This document shows positions 61,993 to 64,000 of a DNA stretch of 64,000 nt, in pieces (the stretch's first letter is position 1; each line of letters starts with the position of its first letter). Origin of the DNA: Podarcis liolepis (lineage: Eukaryota). The notes beneath the pieces were generated by a model. It saw only the letters and a list, made by a program, of their open reading frames with translations, was not told the DNA's origin and ran no database searches. The DNA lies in the NCBI GenBank assembly GCA_965112155.1, contig OZ218105.1; one strand, written 5' to 3'. The position numbers and the translations under genes were made by a program.

Positions 61993-62395
61993 CGTATAAG
62001 AAGTTGTGGGAATTTGCTACAATAGACAGAGAGGTAGCAGTTTTACCTTCTGAAACACCAATTTAAAACATCCGTCTCAATGCCTGGATCATCAGCCAAG
62101 TGAGTTATTTCAAAAACATTCCTAGCAGAGCTGGCCCTACTATTAGGCATCGTGAGGTAGCTGCCTCAGATTGCAGAGGATGGACACAGCTGTGGACTCA
62201 GCCTTCCCTCTTCTCCCTAAGCTGGCAGCTATCCTCAGCTGCAGCAAGGAACACTGTATGCCAGTCTGGTCAGCTTCTGTACATGGAATAGGCCAAGGTG
62301 CCATCTTGTTCTTTGCCTCAGGCAGCAAAATGTATTGGGCTGGCCCAGTAACAGAAGAGATCCAGTTGAGAACAGGCCATCACACAAAACAATTA

Positions 62396-62637
62396 CAGTG
62401 GTACCTCAGGTTACATACGCTTCAGGTTACATACACTTCACGTTACAGACTCTGCTAACCCAGAAATAGTACCTCGGGTTAAGAACTTTGCTTCAGGATG
62501 AGAACAGAAATCGTGCTCCTGCGGCGTGGCAGCAGCAGGAGGCCCCATTAGCTAAAGTGGTGCTTCAGGTTAAGAACAGTTTCAGGTTAAGTATTGACCT
62601 CCATAACGAATTAAGTACTTAACCTGAGGTACCACTG
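62396..62637. mobile_element. Tc1/mariner MITE
   Basis: TA-CAGTGGTACCTCAGGTTA...TAACCTGAGGTACCACTG-TA, same orientation as 15236. Confidence 0.94.
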
Positions 62638-64000
62638 TATCAACCACCATGGCCCTCATTCTCCATTTGGCCAGTAAAGGTCGGGGAGGGGGGCAAATTC
62701 TGACAAATATAACTATATCTGCTTAACTATACCCCATATGGCTTACTGATTTCTTAGCTATGCAGACTGAGGGGAAATAATTTTAAAACAACAGAAAATT
62801 GTAAAAAAAGAAAAGAAAAAGGAATAGACTCTCTATATTTGTGTCTTTGAGAAACAATGCGAAGTATCATCTTAAGGAGAACAAGACACACTTTAGTCCT
62901 CTGATGGAAGGGCAAATGAACTGATAACAAACAAGAGGCTGGAAGAAAGGTCCCATGGTTTTGGAGAGGAGGCTTGTACATGAAGATGTGTGGCTGAAAA
63001 TAATTTTGCCTGTATTCATGCAGTGGGGGACCAAGTATGTCATATACAAAAACTAGCAAAAAGGAGCCCAGTTCACTTGAAGGCAAATTATGACGCGGTA
63101 GATTAATACTCCTTGGTCCCTGGGCCCCAAACCTACCCATAGAAATCCCTTGCAATTGAAGTACCAAATCATGATTATGTAGCAATATATTAAACATTTC
63201 AACTGCATTGATTGCATTGCTATTAAAAGATGAACCTTTTAATTATCCATGAAAAGTGTCTGGTAATTCGCACTGCCTAGATATTTGAGATGAAATGGAG
63301 TATGCAAGGGAATTTGAGTTTGCAAAGGGCTTCTTCTTCTTTTTTAGCAGAGATCACTGGGCTTGCCCCTATGGGACCTCTTGTTAACCAATCCTTCATG
63401 TTACTTCCCTGCAGATAGAAGCTCAGCTCTAGAAATTGAGTTCCTCAATATAAAAGAGAAAGCAATAAATATTTCTCCACCCATAAAGAGATTGTATTCT
63501 TTTGTACAGATGCTAAAAGTGAGATCATCCAGGCAGATGTTACCTCTGTAATTAAGATCACTGAAGAGCATTCTCAGAGTGAATAATGAAATTTGTTTTA
63601 TTATGCTAATTCCTCATTTTTAAAGAACCTAGCTATAGATTTTAAGTCCACTGATAGCCAAGGAAACTTTGCTGTAGATATGCATGAATTCAGTTTCTAA
63701 ACGTGAGCACCAGGGAGAGCTTCACCTTGCATGGAAACAATTCCATTTCAAATATGCAGGATGAAATTGTTGGGCAATTGCTTTTTCTTACCGAGATTTA
63801 AGAAGTTCAGATCCCACTATTTCCTTCCCCGTCTTGCACTGGAAAGGCTAACCCTCTCTCCTCAAAGCTGAAATGTTAGTAGGAAGCTGTACGTGCAAAA
63901 AGAGTGCATTTCTCTCCCAGTCCACAAGCTATACCTGGCTTGTGCATAGAGATAACAGCTTCAGCCCCTGTTGCTTCCAGTCTGCATTTTCTCGAGATGA

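Overview
Non-coding vertebrate DNA from a squamate reptile. The co-occurrence of Sauria SINE, BovB, CR1, L2 and L1 fragments and an abundant CAGTGGTACCTC-ended Tc1/mariner MITE suggests a lacertid-like lizard (inference). I recognise no host protein-coding exon. Every ORF in the track that I can identify is a LINE remnant (CR1, L2, L1, BovB) or a microsatellite or gap artefact. The window has three assembly gaps, dozens of TE fragments (including two three-layer nests with resolvable target-site duplications) and TE-poor blocks that look like conserved non-coding elements. Plus-strand splice signals suggest the interior of a very long intron of a plus-strand gene of unknown identity: a candidate recursive splice site (53225/53226), two candidate 3-nt microexons (AAG at 40136 with a downstream TGCATG cluster, CTG at 56176) and a candidate short alternative first exon (MYFWFR, 11579-11596). 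The most unusual unique segment is 9.6-12.2 kb. It holds a minus-strand CACCC/CCAAT/TATA promoter, a cluster of repeated TGATGTA/TGTAATA motifs with a perfect 16-bp hairpin, a second long hairpin, and a 3'UTR-like tract ending in AATAAA, together a candidate nested antisense transcript. All functional calls are unverified hypotheses. TE family names come from my recognition of the sequences, not from database searches.
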